From IMG/VR virus record IMGVR_UViG_3300016476_000174, positions 60,115 through 124,114 of that record: a stretch of 64,000 bases of DNA; one strand, given 5' to 3'. The notes under the pieces are model-generated. The model saw nothing but the letters and a program-made list of their open reading frames with translations. It searched no databases and was not told the DNA's origin. Position 1 is the stretch's first letter; every line of letters begins with the position of its first letter. Both the position numbers and the translations under genes were made by a program. Shown here piece by piece: positions 9,342 to 19,258 of this stretch. Source of the stretch: a virus.

Positions 9342-12300
9342 TTATTTATTGTCTACTAAATATTCTATCTGTTTTTTAAGATCTTCAATCTGAGTTTGTT
9401 GTTCTTTAATAGCTTCAATTAAAACAGGAACAAGACGCTCATATTTTACTGTCATATAGTTTTCACCACTTTTTGAGTTACCTGTTAATGGATCTCTATC
9501 AAAAGGAGCAGGTGCTACAACTTCTGGGAATACAGCTTTTATTTCTTGAGCAATTACACCAAGTCTTTGTTCTTGTGTTTCAGCAGCACCTAAAGTCATG
9601 GCTAACTGATTAGCTGTATATGTATAACCACCAATCTGTTTAATCTTATCAATTACATTTTCTAAAGGCTTAATATTTTCCTTTAAACGTTCATCAGAAT
9701 AATAAGCTGTAACATCACCACCAAAATACCCAGCACCAGCTGCTTGAAGATAACTTTCAGAATATAATAAACCACTAACATAGTGAGCTCCGTTTGTTCT
9801 TGCTCTATATCCAGAAGATGTTGTAGAACCTCCTAGTCCTAAACAACCATTTCCTTTACTCCAGTAAAAATGCCATCCATCACCGTTTTGTTGATAAAGT
9901 CCACCATTACCATTTTCATACATTAAATTATTCCAATAACCTTGTGGGTCAATAATGTTAATACCACCATAACCATTTTTATTATATCCAAAAAGTTCCC
10001 ATGTACCATAACTTGCTGAAACTGATCTTCTAAAGTGGCAACCATAATCTTGATTATATAGACCACTATCTCCATAACTTCTAAACCAGTTATTTGAATA
10101 CACTGCACCAAAAGATGGATTAGTTTTATCAAATCCAGAAAGGTTATCTGCAGAACCAGCAGTATTAGCATAACTTACTGATTGTGAACCAATATTAGCA
10201 TTTGAAATAGCATACACCCAAGATTGAAAAGTTCCAGATCCTTGATAACTTCTAAACCATAAATTATTATCATAGTAACTCATTGCTATTTGAAAACCAT
10301 GATAGTTACCTTGATTACTATGTCTTACATTAACAGAGTTATACCATGTTTGTGAAGGCCAGTTAGAACCACCACCACCATTCTCATAGAAACCTGAATT
10401 TCTCCATTCATTAGCATTACTATGAGATTCTATTAAAGAAGCAGATGTCATCCAACCCGGTCTTCCAGATACGTTACCCCAAGCCACATTGTTTGCAGTA
10501 CTCGCAGTTGTAGCAGTACTTGCACTTGTTGCAGATCCTGCACTATTAGCATATCGCACACCTAAATCAGATGGTTCTACCCAACCTGAACCTGAGTATG
10601 CCCCATTGTTATAAACGTAACGAGAGTAGTCTACATAGTTTCTACCCTCACCACGAGAAATAGCTACACGTGAACCTGAGTCATAAAGTGCTGGAGCTCT
10701 TACATCATCTCTTGCTCTAATAGAACCAGAAATAGCTGCTAAGAATGTACCGTTCTCCATTACAAGAAGACCGTGAGTATTTAAGTTTGCTGCTACACCT
10801 CCAGCATTTGGATGGGACCAAGCTAAACCATATAAGGAACCTGTTGTAGAACCATCAATTGCTAACTTGTAAGCATTACCCATTGCAAAAATACCCTGAT
10901 ATCTAGTAGATGAATAAACACCAACTATAGAACATCCATAGTTCCAATCAAGATATAAGTTATCACTACTGTTTATTCTTAAATAGTTAAACTCTCTTTG
11001 AGACGTTGTAGCAGAGTTACCACTAATACTAGCAGAAGAAGTTATATAACCTGAATCATTAGTAAAAGAAGAAACAGTTGTAGGTCGTCCAGAAACGTTT
11101 GTCCAAGCTACACTAGATGCTGATGATGCATTACCAGATAATGATCCACTAAATGTAGGAGCTGTTACTGTACCAGGAAATGATGTATTACCAGAACCAT
11201 CTAATAATGTAGCAGTTCTTGTAAGAGAACTAAATACTCCTGTATACTGACGTACATAAATAGGTTCTGTTCCATCATCTGCTGTAGCTATTTCTACCCA
11301 ACCAGCATTAGATGCACCACCTACTCTTATTCTAAAAAAGTCATTATCTGCTATGGCAGCATATACTAAGTTAGTATCTCCATTAGCTCCAATTGTTTGA
11401 CTAATTGCAGCTGCTGTACCAGATGACGTAATGTATCCAGAAGGATTAGTAGAATTGTAAGGAGTATATCCTAAAGCAGTTGTTACCTGGCTAGATGTAA
11501 TTCCTGTTAAATATGATTGAGCTGTTACCCAACTACGTAAAGCTATTGGCTCATCATCTATAGCAAATAAACCATCTGCTCTACCACCAAATCTTTTTGC
11601 CCATCTATTACCCCAATGAAATGTAATTGCAGGACTATATGACCAAGCACTTTGTGTTTCTAATACATATCCTCTTTCTCTAATTTGTATAGCTCCACCA
11701 TACACATCTGATCCAGTTGATGGAGTTACAATTTGTCCAGTCATTGTTCCTCCAACAAGAGGAAGTTTTGTACTATCAGCTGTTGCAATAGTCCAAGCTC
11801 TATCAGCAGAAAGATCGTATGCTGTTCCGTTAATAGTTATAGTTCTTGATTGAGGAACCTTAGTACCTATAGATGTTGTGATAGTTGTAGCAAAACTTGC
11901 ATCATTACCAAGAGCTGCTGCTAATTCATTAAGAGTATCTAATGTAGCTGGTGCTGAGGCTACCAGATTAGAAATAGCTGTACCAACATATGCTTCTGTA
12001 GCATATCCTGCTAATGAAGGTATATCTGTTGTAAAAGCTAGGGTACCGCTTCCATCTTTTAGGAATACATTTCTATTAGCAGTAAGTATATTAGTATTTA
12101 GTGTAAGGTTATAAGACCCACTTGTGTATGTAATATATCCACCGGTTAATGTAATACCATTACCAAATAACTGCTCATTACTAAATGTCTTAATACCTGT
12201 AATAGTCTGTTGACCACTTAGTGTTACATAAGATCCAAGCTGAGTAGATACATAACTTTGTGTAGCATATGTTAATCCCGTTACATATGTACGTACCCAT

Positions 12301-12431
12301 GCTGTAGTTGGTATACGAGCACTATTATCTGTACCAGAAGGTGTATGTAATAATACAATATTACCATCTAAGTCATAGCTTAGTACATTAGTTAAATGGG
12401 ACGTCTGTCTATTTTTGTTCATATTACTCAA
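9342..12431 (-). CDS. Tail fibre with peptidase S74 chaperone
   Basis: APATLDTLNELAAALGNDA repeat; SDERLKENIK...GVIAQEI...VKYERL. Confidence 0.9.
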   Translation of the reverse strand: MSNMNKNRQTSHLTNVLSYDLDGNIVLLHTPSGTDNSARIPTTAWVRTYVTGLTYATQSYVSTQLGSYVTLSGQQTITGIKTFSNEQLFGNGITLTGGYITYTSGSYNLTLNTNILTANRNVFLKDGSGTLAFTTDIPSLAGYATEAYVGTAISNLVASAPATLDTLNELAAALGNDASFATTITTSIGTKVPQSRTITINGTAYDLSADRAWTIATADSTKLPLVGGTMTGQIVTPSTGSDVYGGAIQIRERGYVLETQSAWSYSPAITFHWGNRWAKRFGGRADGLFAIDDEPIALRSWVTAQSYLTGITSSQVTTALGYTPYNSTNPSGYITSSGTAAAISQTIGANGDTNLVYAAIADNDFFRIRVGGASNAGWVEIATADDGTEPIYVRQYTGVFSSLTRTATLLDGSGNTSFPGTVTAPTFSGSLSGNASSASSVAWTNVSGRPTTVSSFTNDSGYITSSASISGNSATTSQREFNYLRINSSDNLYLDWNYGCSIVGVYSSTRYQGIFAMGNAYKLAIDGSTTGSLYGLAWSHPNAGGVAANLNTHGLLVMENGTFLAAISGSIRARDDVRAPALYDSGSRVAISRGEGRNYVDYSRYVYNNGAYSGSGWVEPSDLGVRYANSAGSATSASTATTASTANNVAWGNVSGRPGWMTSASLIESHSNANEWRNSGFYENGGGGSNWPSQTWYNSVNVRHSNQGNYHGFQIAMSYYDNNLWFRSYQGSGTFQSWVYAISNANIGSQSVSYANTAGSADNLSGFDKTNPSFGAVYSNNWFRSYGDSGLYNQDYGCHFRRSVSASYGTWELFGYNKNGYGGINIIDPQGYWNNLMYENGNGGLYQQNGDGWHFYWSKGNGCLGLGGSTTSSGYRARTNGAHYVSGLLYSESYLQAAGAGYFGGDVTAYYSDERLKENIKPLENVIDKIKQIGGYTYTANQLAMTLGAAETQEQRLGVIAQEIKAVFPEVVAPAPFDRDPLTGNSKSGENYMTVKYERLVPVLIEAIKEQQTQIEDLKKQIEYLVDNK

Positions 12432-12756
12432 TAGGTTTTGGGTATTTAGCCTTTACTGCTAAACATTTAGCTATATAATTATCTAACTGAACTTGATCAC
12501 CTTTAACTACAGCATCTATATAATCTGTAATAGGGGGATATTCAAATTTACGTTTTTTTTGATAGTTTAAAGCATTATACTCTGCAATCAACTCTGCACG
12601 TTTTTCTTCAATATCTATAGGTAATTCACCAAAAGGTGTTCCATCTAAATTTAAAAGTAATCCATTTGCAAATATTGCTTTAATATTATACTTCTGATCT
12701 AAAACTGTTAGATCATCTATGTAATCTACATCTAGTATTATATTTTTTTCTGTCAT
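12424..12756 (-). CDS. Small tail-fibre accessory/chaperone-like protein
   Basis: RKFEYPPITDYIDA...VKAKYPKP; paralogous to 17653..17940; start moved to MTEK. Confidence 0.6.
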   Translation of the reverse strand: MTEKNIILDVDYIDDLTVLDQKYNIKAIFANGLLLNLDGTPFGELPIDIEEKRAELIAEYNALNYQKKRKFEYPPITDYIDAVVKGDQVQLDNYIAKCLAVKAKYPKPIE

Positions 12757-12767
12757 TTTAATTTTTT

Positions 12768-15134
12768 TTAAATCCAATATCCTTGAATATATAAAGCCAT
12801 GTAGTGAGTTCCTCCTGAATATCCTGATGCTAAGTTACAATATATTGTACCATTAGCATTGACATTAATAATACCATTATGCCAACTACCATAGTAGTGA
12901 GGACCACCAGAAGACCCTGATGCAATTGATGCATCTCCATCATGTTCCATTACAAAAGAACCATAATCAGCTCTTGTAAAAGTATTACTATCATACGGAT
13001 ATCCACCATTTGTTCCTGCCCATGGATAAGGAGTTTGATCATTACTAATACCAAACCAAGCAGTAGCATGATCACCTTGTCCAGCTGCCGCACCATAATT
13101 TCTAACATGATACCATCCAACAACTGAAATTGCTTTTACACCTGAAGGTAGTCCTAAACCAGTTGTTGATATTGTTGTTTGAGTATTACCAGTAACACTA
13201 GTGCTCCAACCTATACAAGATGTTAGTTGAACAAAAGTAAGACCTTTATAATTACTACTATTAATAACATTACCAGAAAAAGTAGTAGTACCATTTTTCA
13301 TAAACATAGTACCAGCATTATAACCAGTACCAATAACTAATGTATCTCTTGCATTACCATATGCTCCCATACCAACAACCCCAACATTGGTATAGTTACC
13401 ATTATTTACACCACTACCGCCATTTGACAAAAGTATAGTAGCTTCTGTACTAGTTGTAGAAGCATTAATTTGAAACTGACCATAACCACCATCATCAGAT
13501 GTATGAATTATTTTACCACCACTAACGTGCAACTTAGCAACTGGATTTGACGTTCCAACACCAAAACTACCATATCCAAGGTTAACATAATTATTACCAT
13601 TACCTCTAAATTCATTGTTAATAGTACCATTGGCATAGTAGTTTCTAATGACTGAACCATAACCACTACCACCTGATATATATGTATAATCAGAACCACC
13701 ATGGGCACCAACTACCATTTCATTAGCAACAGAAAGTTTCCAAGTAGTAGTTGTTGTACCTACACCTAAATTACCATTTGTTCCAATTCTTATATTTTCA
13801 GAACCATCAATACCTAATTTAATAGGTTGAGAATAAGAAGTAATTAACATTGGTCTACCACCACTTCCTTCAATTCTATTATTAACAGTATCCCATTGAC
13901 CAAACTGCATATTACCACCTGTACTACTCTGAACTCTAAAAGCAGTTTCTGATGCATATATATGTAAAGAGCCAGTTGGAGCATTTGTGCCTATACCTAT
14001 ATTACCTACTCCATTTACAACTAACCCTATAGAAGTAACTTGTCCACCAGTAGGACTATATACTTGTAATGCTAAATAATCACTAGTATTTGTTGTACTA
14101 CCAGTATGTTGAAACTGATAAGCATGTTTACCTGAATCATATATAAGACCAGTTGCTACTTTTCTATTCCAAGCAAGAGATGCTGTACCTATTGATACTT
14201 TTTCTGTTAAAGCACCAAAAACTACCTCACCAACTACATCTAATTTATCTATTGGAGTAGTAGTACCTATACCAACTCTACCTGTACCAACAACATTTAA
14301 TATATCATCGTTACCCCAAAAACCAATACCTACATAGTTTGATGTTGAACTGTATCCTTTATAAGTATATCTAAAGTTTGCAGTGTTTAAAGAAGATAAC
14401 TCTACACCAACAGTAAATGCATTTACTCCATCTATAGCAGCCGCTGGTTTAAGTAAAGCCATTGACGCAGCAGTTGTAGGTTCTACTTGAACTTGATAAT
14501 TTGAACTAACTACATGTAGTCTATAGCTGGGACTTCCTGTACCTATGCCTACATTATTTAAAAACGTTGCTCCACCTGTAGATGATATTGTAGCTACTGA
14601 ACTATTATTTACAGTAAATGTAAAACCTTTATCAGCTGGATTATTAAAAGACAAGTATGGTCCAAAATTTCCTCCATTAATAGTAGAGCTAGCTTTTACA
14701 GAAGATGAAGCTCCCCAATCTGCACTAGTTAATAAAACTAAACCAACAGATCCAGAACCAATAAGATAACCACCTTGTACATATGAACTACCTAATACAG
14801 TACTAGAAAAACTAGCAGACGTACCATTAAGTGCACCAGTTAATGTACCCCCACTAAGTGCTAGTTTAGTAGCAATACTATTAGTAACAGTGGTAGAAAA
14901 GTTAGCATCATTACCTAATGCTGCGGCAAGTTCGTTAAGTGTATCTAATGCACCTGGAGCTGCGTTAACTAAATTACTTATCTGTGTAGTAACATAAGAT
15001 TGTGTAGCATATGATCCTCCACCATTAGCTAATAAACTACCGGTCACAGTAAGGTTAGCTGGTAATATTATATTACCGCTTGCATCATAGCTGATGAGAT
15101 TTCTTAAAAAGCCTGTATCTTTAGCGTTACTCAT
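12768..15134 (-). CDS. Tail fibre protein
   Basis: LDTLNELAAALGND module; multiple GNVGIGT beta repeats. Confidence 0.85.
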   Translation of the reverse strand: MSNAKDTGFLRNLISYDASGNIILPANLTVTGSLLANGGGSYATQSYVTTQISNLVNAAPGALDTLNELAAALGNDANFSTTVTNSIATKLALSGGTLTGALNGTSASFSSTVLGSSYVQGGYLIGSGSVGLVLLTSADWGASSSVKASSTINGGNFGPYLSFNNPADKGFTFTVNNSSVATISSTGGATFLNNVGIGTGSPSYRLHVVSSNYQVQVEPTTAASMALLKPAAAIDGVNAFTVGVELSSLNTANFRYTYKGYSSTSNYVGIGFWGNDDILNVVGTGRVGIGTTTPIDKLDVVGEVVFGALTEKVSIGTASLAWNRKVATGLIYDSGKHAYQFQHTGSTTNTSDYLALQVYSPTGGQVTSIGLVVNGVGNIGIGTNAPTGSLHIYASETAFRVQSSTGGNMQFGQWDTVNNRIEGSGGRPMLITSYSQPIKLGIDGSENIRIGTNGNLGVGTTTTTWKLSVANEMVVGAHGGSDYTYISGGSGYGSVIRNYYANGTINNEFRGNGNNYVNLGYGSFGVGTSNPVAKLHVSGGKIIHTSDDGGYGQFQINASTTSTEATILLSNGGSGVNNGNYTNVGVVGMGAYGNARDTLVIGTGYNAGTMFMKNGTTTFSGNVINSSNYKGLTFVQLTSCIGWSTSVTGNTQTTISTTGLGLPSGVKAISVVGWYHVRNYGAAAGQGDHATAWFGISNDQTPYPWAGTNGGYPYDSNTFTRADYGSFVMEHDGDASIASGSSGGPHYYGSWHNGIINVNANGTIYCNLASGYSGGTHYMALYIQGYWI

Positions 15135-15136
15135 AA

Positions 15137-15256
15137 TTAGTTATTTTCTAGTATCCAAATTCCATTTGTATATACGTACCACTTATTATCTGCCCAAAGT
15201 ACTCTATCTCCTTCTTTAACTTCTGGAAATTGAACTGTATTTATATCTTTTATCAT
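15137..15256 (-). CDS. 39-aa mini-protein between two fibre genes
   Basis: Not in ORF track. MIKDINTVQFPEVKEGDRVLWADNKWYVYTNGIWILENN fills the gap almost exactly. Confidence 0.6.
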   Translation of the reverse strand: MIKDINTVQFPEVKEGDRVLWADNKWYVYTNGIWILENN

Positions 15257-15268
15257 AATATATTAATT

Positions 15269-17653
15269 TTAATAAACACCTGATGTACTTCCAGAACTAG
15301 TTGCTGCTATAACAGTTTTATCTCTAAACGGATATTCATATGCTTGATACCAATCAATTGTTAAACTATTATACGATCCTCCACCACAGTTAACTACTAA
15401 TACTACATAACCATCACTAGAAACATATACGTTTGCAAAAAGATTACCATTAGATGCTGTATTATAAATTGATCCGCTCCAGTTATGAAAACCAACCATT
15501 CCTTCTCTTACCATAGCACTATATGTATAAAAATATCCTTTAAACAAAGACATTGTATATTCAGTATTACCATAAGGACTTCCTCCTCCCCACATATTAG
15601 TTTTAATATGCCAATATGATGTTCCATCTGGAGGTGTAGCCTCATACCAACTATGAATTGTGCGTTTAGTTTGTAAAGAACCTCCAACATTAAGTTTCGG
15701 ATATGTTGGAACACCAGCTGCTATAGCTACAGCACCAGATCCATGAACTGTTAATTTGCTTCTAAATGTAGTTCCATCATAACTACCAATTACGTATCGT
15801 CCAATATCACTACCACCATATGCAAAGAAGGCTCCAGCTCCATAACTTACACCGTCTAAGTCTACACCAAAACCACTTTGGTTGCCTGTGCCGCCATTAT
15901 AAACTAATAATTTACGTCCACCTGTTGGTCCTAAGTCTAAAAGAGCTCCAGGAGAAGTTGTACCTAATCCTACATATCCATTACTTAGTATTTGCAACCA
16001 TACACTTGATCCATATCCCTCATTAGTAAAGGCAAATCCATTTGCGTTAAATCTATGTTCTGCACCATTAGCATACATTCTAGTTGTCCAACTACCAATA
16101 CTTCCACTATTATGTCCAAAGTAAAAATAATTACTACCTCTTAAACCCATGTGCCCATTTACATCAAATTTAGTAGCAGGATCTGTAGTATTTATACCAA
16201 CATTACCGCCTGATGCAAATCTCACTATAGTACCTACTGAAGTGTCAAAATCAATATTATTAGCTACTGCCATAGAACCAATATGAATTCTATTAGTTCC
16301 TGAGTCTTGACCAATAATCCAGTTTTGAGCTGTACCTGCTCTTAAAGCATTATCTTGACTCATTAATATTGAACCACGTACATCTAATTTTTGTAAAGGA
16401 CTAGTTGTACCGATGCCCATATCACCAGCTCCTGTAATACGAGCTCTTTCTCCAGCTGATACACCAGATAAATGAGTATTAAATATAATAACGTCTTCTC
16501 CAGTTGTAGAATAAAATTCTACAGAAGAATAAAATACACCTGTTGCTGCTCTTTGTTTACCTATTAATGATGATGCACTATTTAAGTATTCACCTAAACG
16601 GATATTTCCACCATTAATATCTAACTTAGATACAGGTGCTACTGTACCAATTCCTACATTACCAGCTGTACTTAATGCAAAATGTGGATTGTCTAAACCA
16701 GCTCCTGCTCTTATTACAAACACAGGTGTTGAATGACTCACCCCCATGCTAAAAGTATTAACACCAGAAGAGTTAACATACTCTGTCCATGTCCAACTAC
16801 CTGATGCAGAAGCCTTTAATCTTAATGATGGATTTGTACCATAAATAGTTAAACCTTGATATGTATTATCGGGTGTTGTACCTATTCCAATATTAGCAGC
16901 AAAAGTTGCATTACCATTTCCAGCATTAATAATTAAGTCACCACCTCGTGCAGAGTTATTAGCTATTATATATAAATTACCATCTTGTCCTGTACCAAAA
17001 TATGAACTAGATGAACCTCCAGAATTTACCCATTGACGTACTCTTATAAAAGCCTGATTACCTGTAGTATAATCAGTATTTTGAAACTGAGCAATAGTCT
17101 TAAATGCACCAGAAGTTGATGTTACTAAGTCTAATGGAAAAGTTGGTGCAGATGATGTACCAATAGCTACACTACTACTAAATGAAGCTCCTGAGTTATT
17201 TACTGTAATTAAAGAAAATCCAGTAGTATTACTACCACCATATACTAAATAAGGCTGATATTTTGATGTAGAACTATTATATGCTTGTATAAACCCACCA
17301 GATGAATCTGCACTAACTTCAGCATAATATGCTTGTGATCCAAAAAATCTAGCATTAGTTCCACTTAATTGACCGCTAAGAGTTCCTCCAGATAAGTTTA
17401 ATTTAGTGGCTAAACTATTTGTAACTGTAGTGGCAAAAGAAGCATCATTATTAAGAGCAGCAGATAATTCAGCTAATGTATCAAGGGCAGTAGGTGCAGC
17501 ATTTACTAGATTAGATATAGCAGTGGTTACATATGATTGTGTGGCATATGTAGCTCCTGCCGGACCTATTAAAGATCCAGTAATAACAATGTTACCACTA
17601 CCATCTACTGATAGATAGTTAATTAGTTCTGATATCTGTGTATTCTTACTCAT
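15269..17653 (-). CDS. Tail fibre with fused C-terminal tip domain
   Basis: LDTLAELSAALNND module; GNVGIGT repeats; C-terminal YWHIKTN...VYVSSDGY domain. Confidence 0.85.
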   Translation of the reverse strand: MSKNTQISELINYLSVDGSGNIVITGSLIGPAGATYATQSYVTTAISNLVNAAPTALDTLAELSAALNNDASFATTVTNSLATKLNLSGGTLSGQLSGTNARFFGSQAYYAEVSADSSGGFIQAYNSSTSKYQPYLVYGGSNTTGFSLITVNNSGASFSSSVAIGTSSAPTFPLDLVTSTSGAFKTIAQFQNTDYTTGNQAFIRVRQWVNSGGSSSSYFGTGQDGNLYIIANNSARGGDLIINAGNGNATFAANIGIGTTPDNTYQGLTIYGTNPSLRLKASASGSWTWTEYVNSSGVNTFSMGVSHSTPVFVIRAGAGLDNPHFALSTAGNVGIGTVAPVSKLDINGGNIRLGEYLNSASSLIGKQRAATGVFYSSVEFYSTTGEDVIIFNTHLSGVSAGERARITGAGDMGIGTTSPLQKLDVRGSILMSQDNALRAGTAQNWIIGQDSGTNRIHIGSMAVANNIDFDTSVGTIVRFASGGNVGINTTDPATKFDVNGHMGLRGSNYFYFGHNSGSIGSWTTRMYANGAEHRFNANGFAFTNEGYGSSVWLQILSNGYVGLGTTSPGALLDLGPTGGRKLLVYNGGTGNQSGFGVDLDGVSYGAGAFFAYGGSDIGRYVIGSYDGTTFRSKLTVHGSGAVAIAAGVPTYPKLNVGGSLQTKRTIHSWYEATPPDGTSYWHIKTNMWGGGSPYGNTEYTMSLFKGYFYTYSAMVREGMVGFHNWSGSIYNTASNGNLFANVYVSSDGYVVLVVNCGGGSYNSLTIDWYQAYEYPFRDKTVIAATSSGSTSGVY

Positions 17654-17940
17654 TAGTTACTAGGCTTTGGATTATTATCTTTTACTTCTTTAACAGTATT
17701 AAACCAAGTTCCTTCAGTGGATATAGTACCTGTAGTATTTAATTCATGCCATAACATATCTAACTGATTAGTTATAGCTGGATATGAATTCATACGCTGT
17801 ACATCATAAGGCATAACATAGTTTGGATCTGGTAATGGAATTTCATTTTCTTGTATTTCCACCCAATCCTGTCCTATCTCACCAGTAATATGCCAGTGAA
17901 TATCTCCATTAGAATCTCTATACTTTTTATAATCCATCAT
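17653..17940 (-). CDS. Small tail-fibre accessory/chaperone-like protein
   Basis: RMNSYPAITNQLDMLWH...VKDNNPKP motif. Confidence 0.6.
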   Translation of the reverse strand: MMDYKKYRDSNGDIHWHITGEIGQDWVEIQENEIPLPDPNYVMPYDVQRMNSYPAITNQLDMLWHELNTTGTISTEGTWFNTVKEVKDNNPKPSN

Positions 17941-17950
17941 ATCTTTAGTT

Positions 17951-18397
17951 TTAATAATAGTTACCTGATGTTGAGTTTTGTGACGATGCTGTAATAGTTA
18001 CATTTTGTTGAGTAGCATCTAATCTACAAGCATATGCATTAAGTGTAAATCCTAAATAATACATACCTGCAGAATAACCTCTTATACAAATATAACCATC
18101 ACTTGACACATACATACCATCTGCACTCATTCCTCCATATATATTTGCTACACCACTTTGTTGCAAACTTCCTTGATAACAGTATATCCCCCAAGCACAT
18201 CTTATTGGAGCAGCTCCACCGTATGCATAACCTACTGCCTCAAACATCCACATAGAGTCCTGTGAAGGTGCATATATATTAGTTTTCATATGCACATAGT
18301 TAGGAGATCCAGCAGTTGTATAAAAGTTGTATATACTCCTTTGTTGAAGATGCCAACTATTATACGGATGTATTCTTAATGGTGCTGCTATATTCAT
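17951..18397 (-). CDS. Stand-alone fibre tip-domain paralogue 3
   Basis: YVHMKTN...EAVGYAYG...IRCAW...YVSSDGYICIR...SGNYY. Confidence 0.7.
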   Translation of the reverse strand: MNIAAPLRIHPYNSWHLQQRSIYNFYTTAGSPNYVHMKTNIYAPSQDSMWMFEAVGYAYGGAAPIRCAWGIYCYQGSLQQSGVANIYGGMSADGMYVSSDGYICIRGYSAGMYYLGFTLNAYACRLDATQQNVTITASSQNSTSGNYY

Positions 18398-18399
18398 AA

Positions 18400-18831
18400 T
18401 TAATAATATGCTCCAGAATTATTATTTTGTGAACTCCTTCTAACTCCTATGTTTACTTGAGCTCCGTTACCAGCTGTTGGATAAGCATTTAAGTTTAAAC
18501 AAGTGTAATGTTGTCCAGGTAAATAAACTCTTATACAATAGTAACCTGATGCTCCATAATAACCTCCATCAGCAGAAGCACCGTTATAGTTTGTATTTGC
18601 AACATTACCTATAAAATATGCATATCCATAATGGTTCCATGCACATCTAATAGGTTTTGCTGTACCGTAACAATACCCTACAGCTTCTATCATCATCATT
18701 ACATATGAGTAATTACTTAAATTAGTTTCAATATGTAGATATGATCCACCACCACTAACAGTATTTACGGCATATATACCATACTGCTGCATGCCACTTT
18801 CTATATTTGTAGGAGATGCTAAGTTTGCCAT
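18400..18831 (-). CDS. Stand-alone fibre tip-domain paralogue 2
   Basis: YLHIETN...EAVGYCYG...IRCAW...GYYCIR...SGAYY. Confidence 0.7.
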   Translation of the reverse strand: MANLASPTNIESGMQQYGIYAVNTVSGGGSYLHIETNLSNYSYVMMMIEAVGYCYGTAKPIRCAWNHYGYAYFIGNVANTNYNGASADGGYYGASGYYCIRVYLPGQHYTCLNLNAYPTAGNGAQVNIGVRRSSQNNNSGAYY

Positions 18832-18832
18832 A

Positions 18833-19258
18833 TCAATAATAATTACCAGAGTTTGAAGTTTGAACTACTGCTGTAAATGTTACATCAGCATTAAATCCAG
18901 CTGGGCATACTGTATAAGCATTAAAACACCATCCACTAAAATAAGAAGCACAGTTTGCTCTTATACAAACATATCCATCTGATGATACATATACTCCGTC
19001 TGCACTTAATCCAGGATATACATTAGCTGTTCCTGCTTGTGCTAAATAACTATAAGAATAAAAAACCCAACTTGATCTTATAGATTGATTAGCACCGTAT
19101 GCATATCCAATAGCTTCTATCATTACCATAACATATGTTGATAAAGCTATATTAGTTTTATAGTGAAAATAGTTATCTCCACCGTAAAATCTATGTTGGA
19201 AAAAGTCATACTTAACTCCAACACCACTTATTCTTGTACTAGGAGTTAAGTTTGCCAT
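18833..19258 (-). CDS. Stand-alone fibre tip-domain paralogue 1
   Basis: YFHYKTN...EAIGYAYG...IRSSW...YVSSDGYVCIR...SGNYY. Confidence 0.7.
   Translation of the reverse strand: MANLTPSTRISGVGVKYDFFQHRFYGGDNYFHYKTNIALSTYVMVMIEAIGYAYGANQSIRSSWVFYSYSYLAQAGTANVYPGLSADGVYVSSDGYVCIRANCASYFSGWCFNAYTVCPAGFNADVTFTAVVQTSNSGNYY

Noticed and set aside
15269-19258. Diversity-generating retroelement or shufflon acting on fibre tips
   Set aside because: No reverse transcriptase or invertase in the window. Paralogues differ throughout rather than only at adenines, and all lie in the same orientation.
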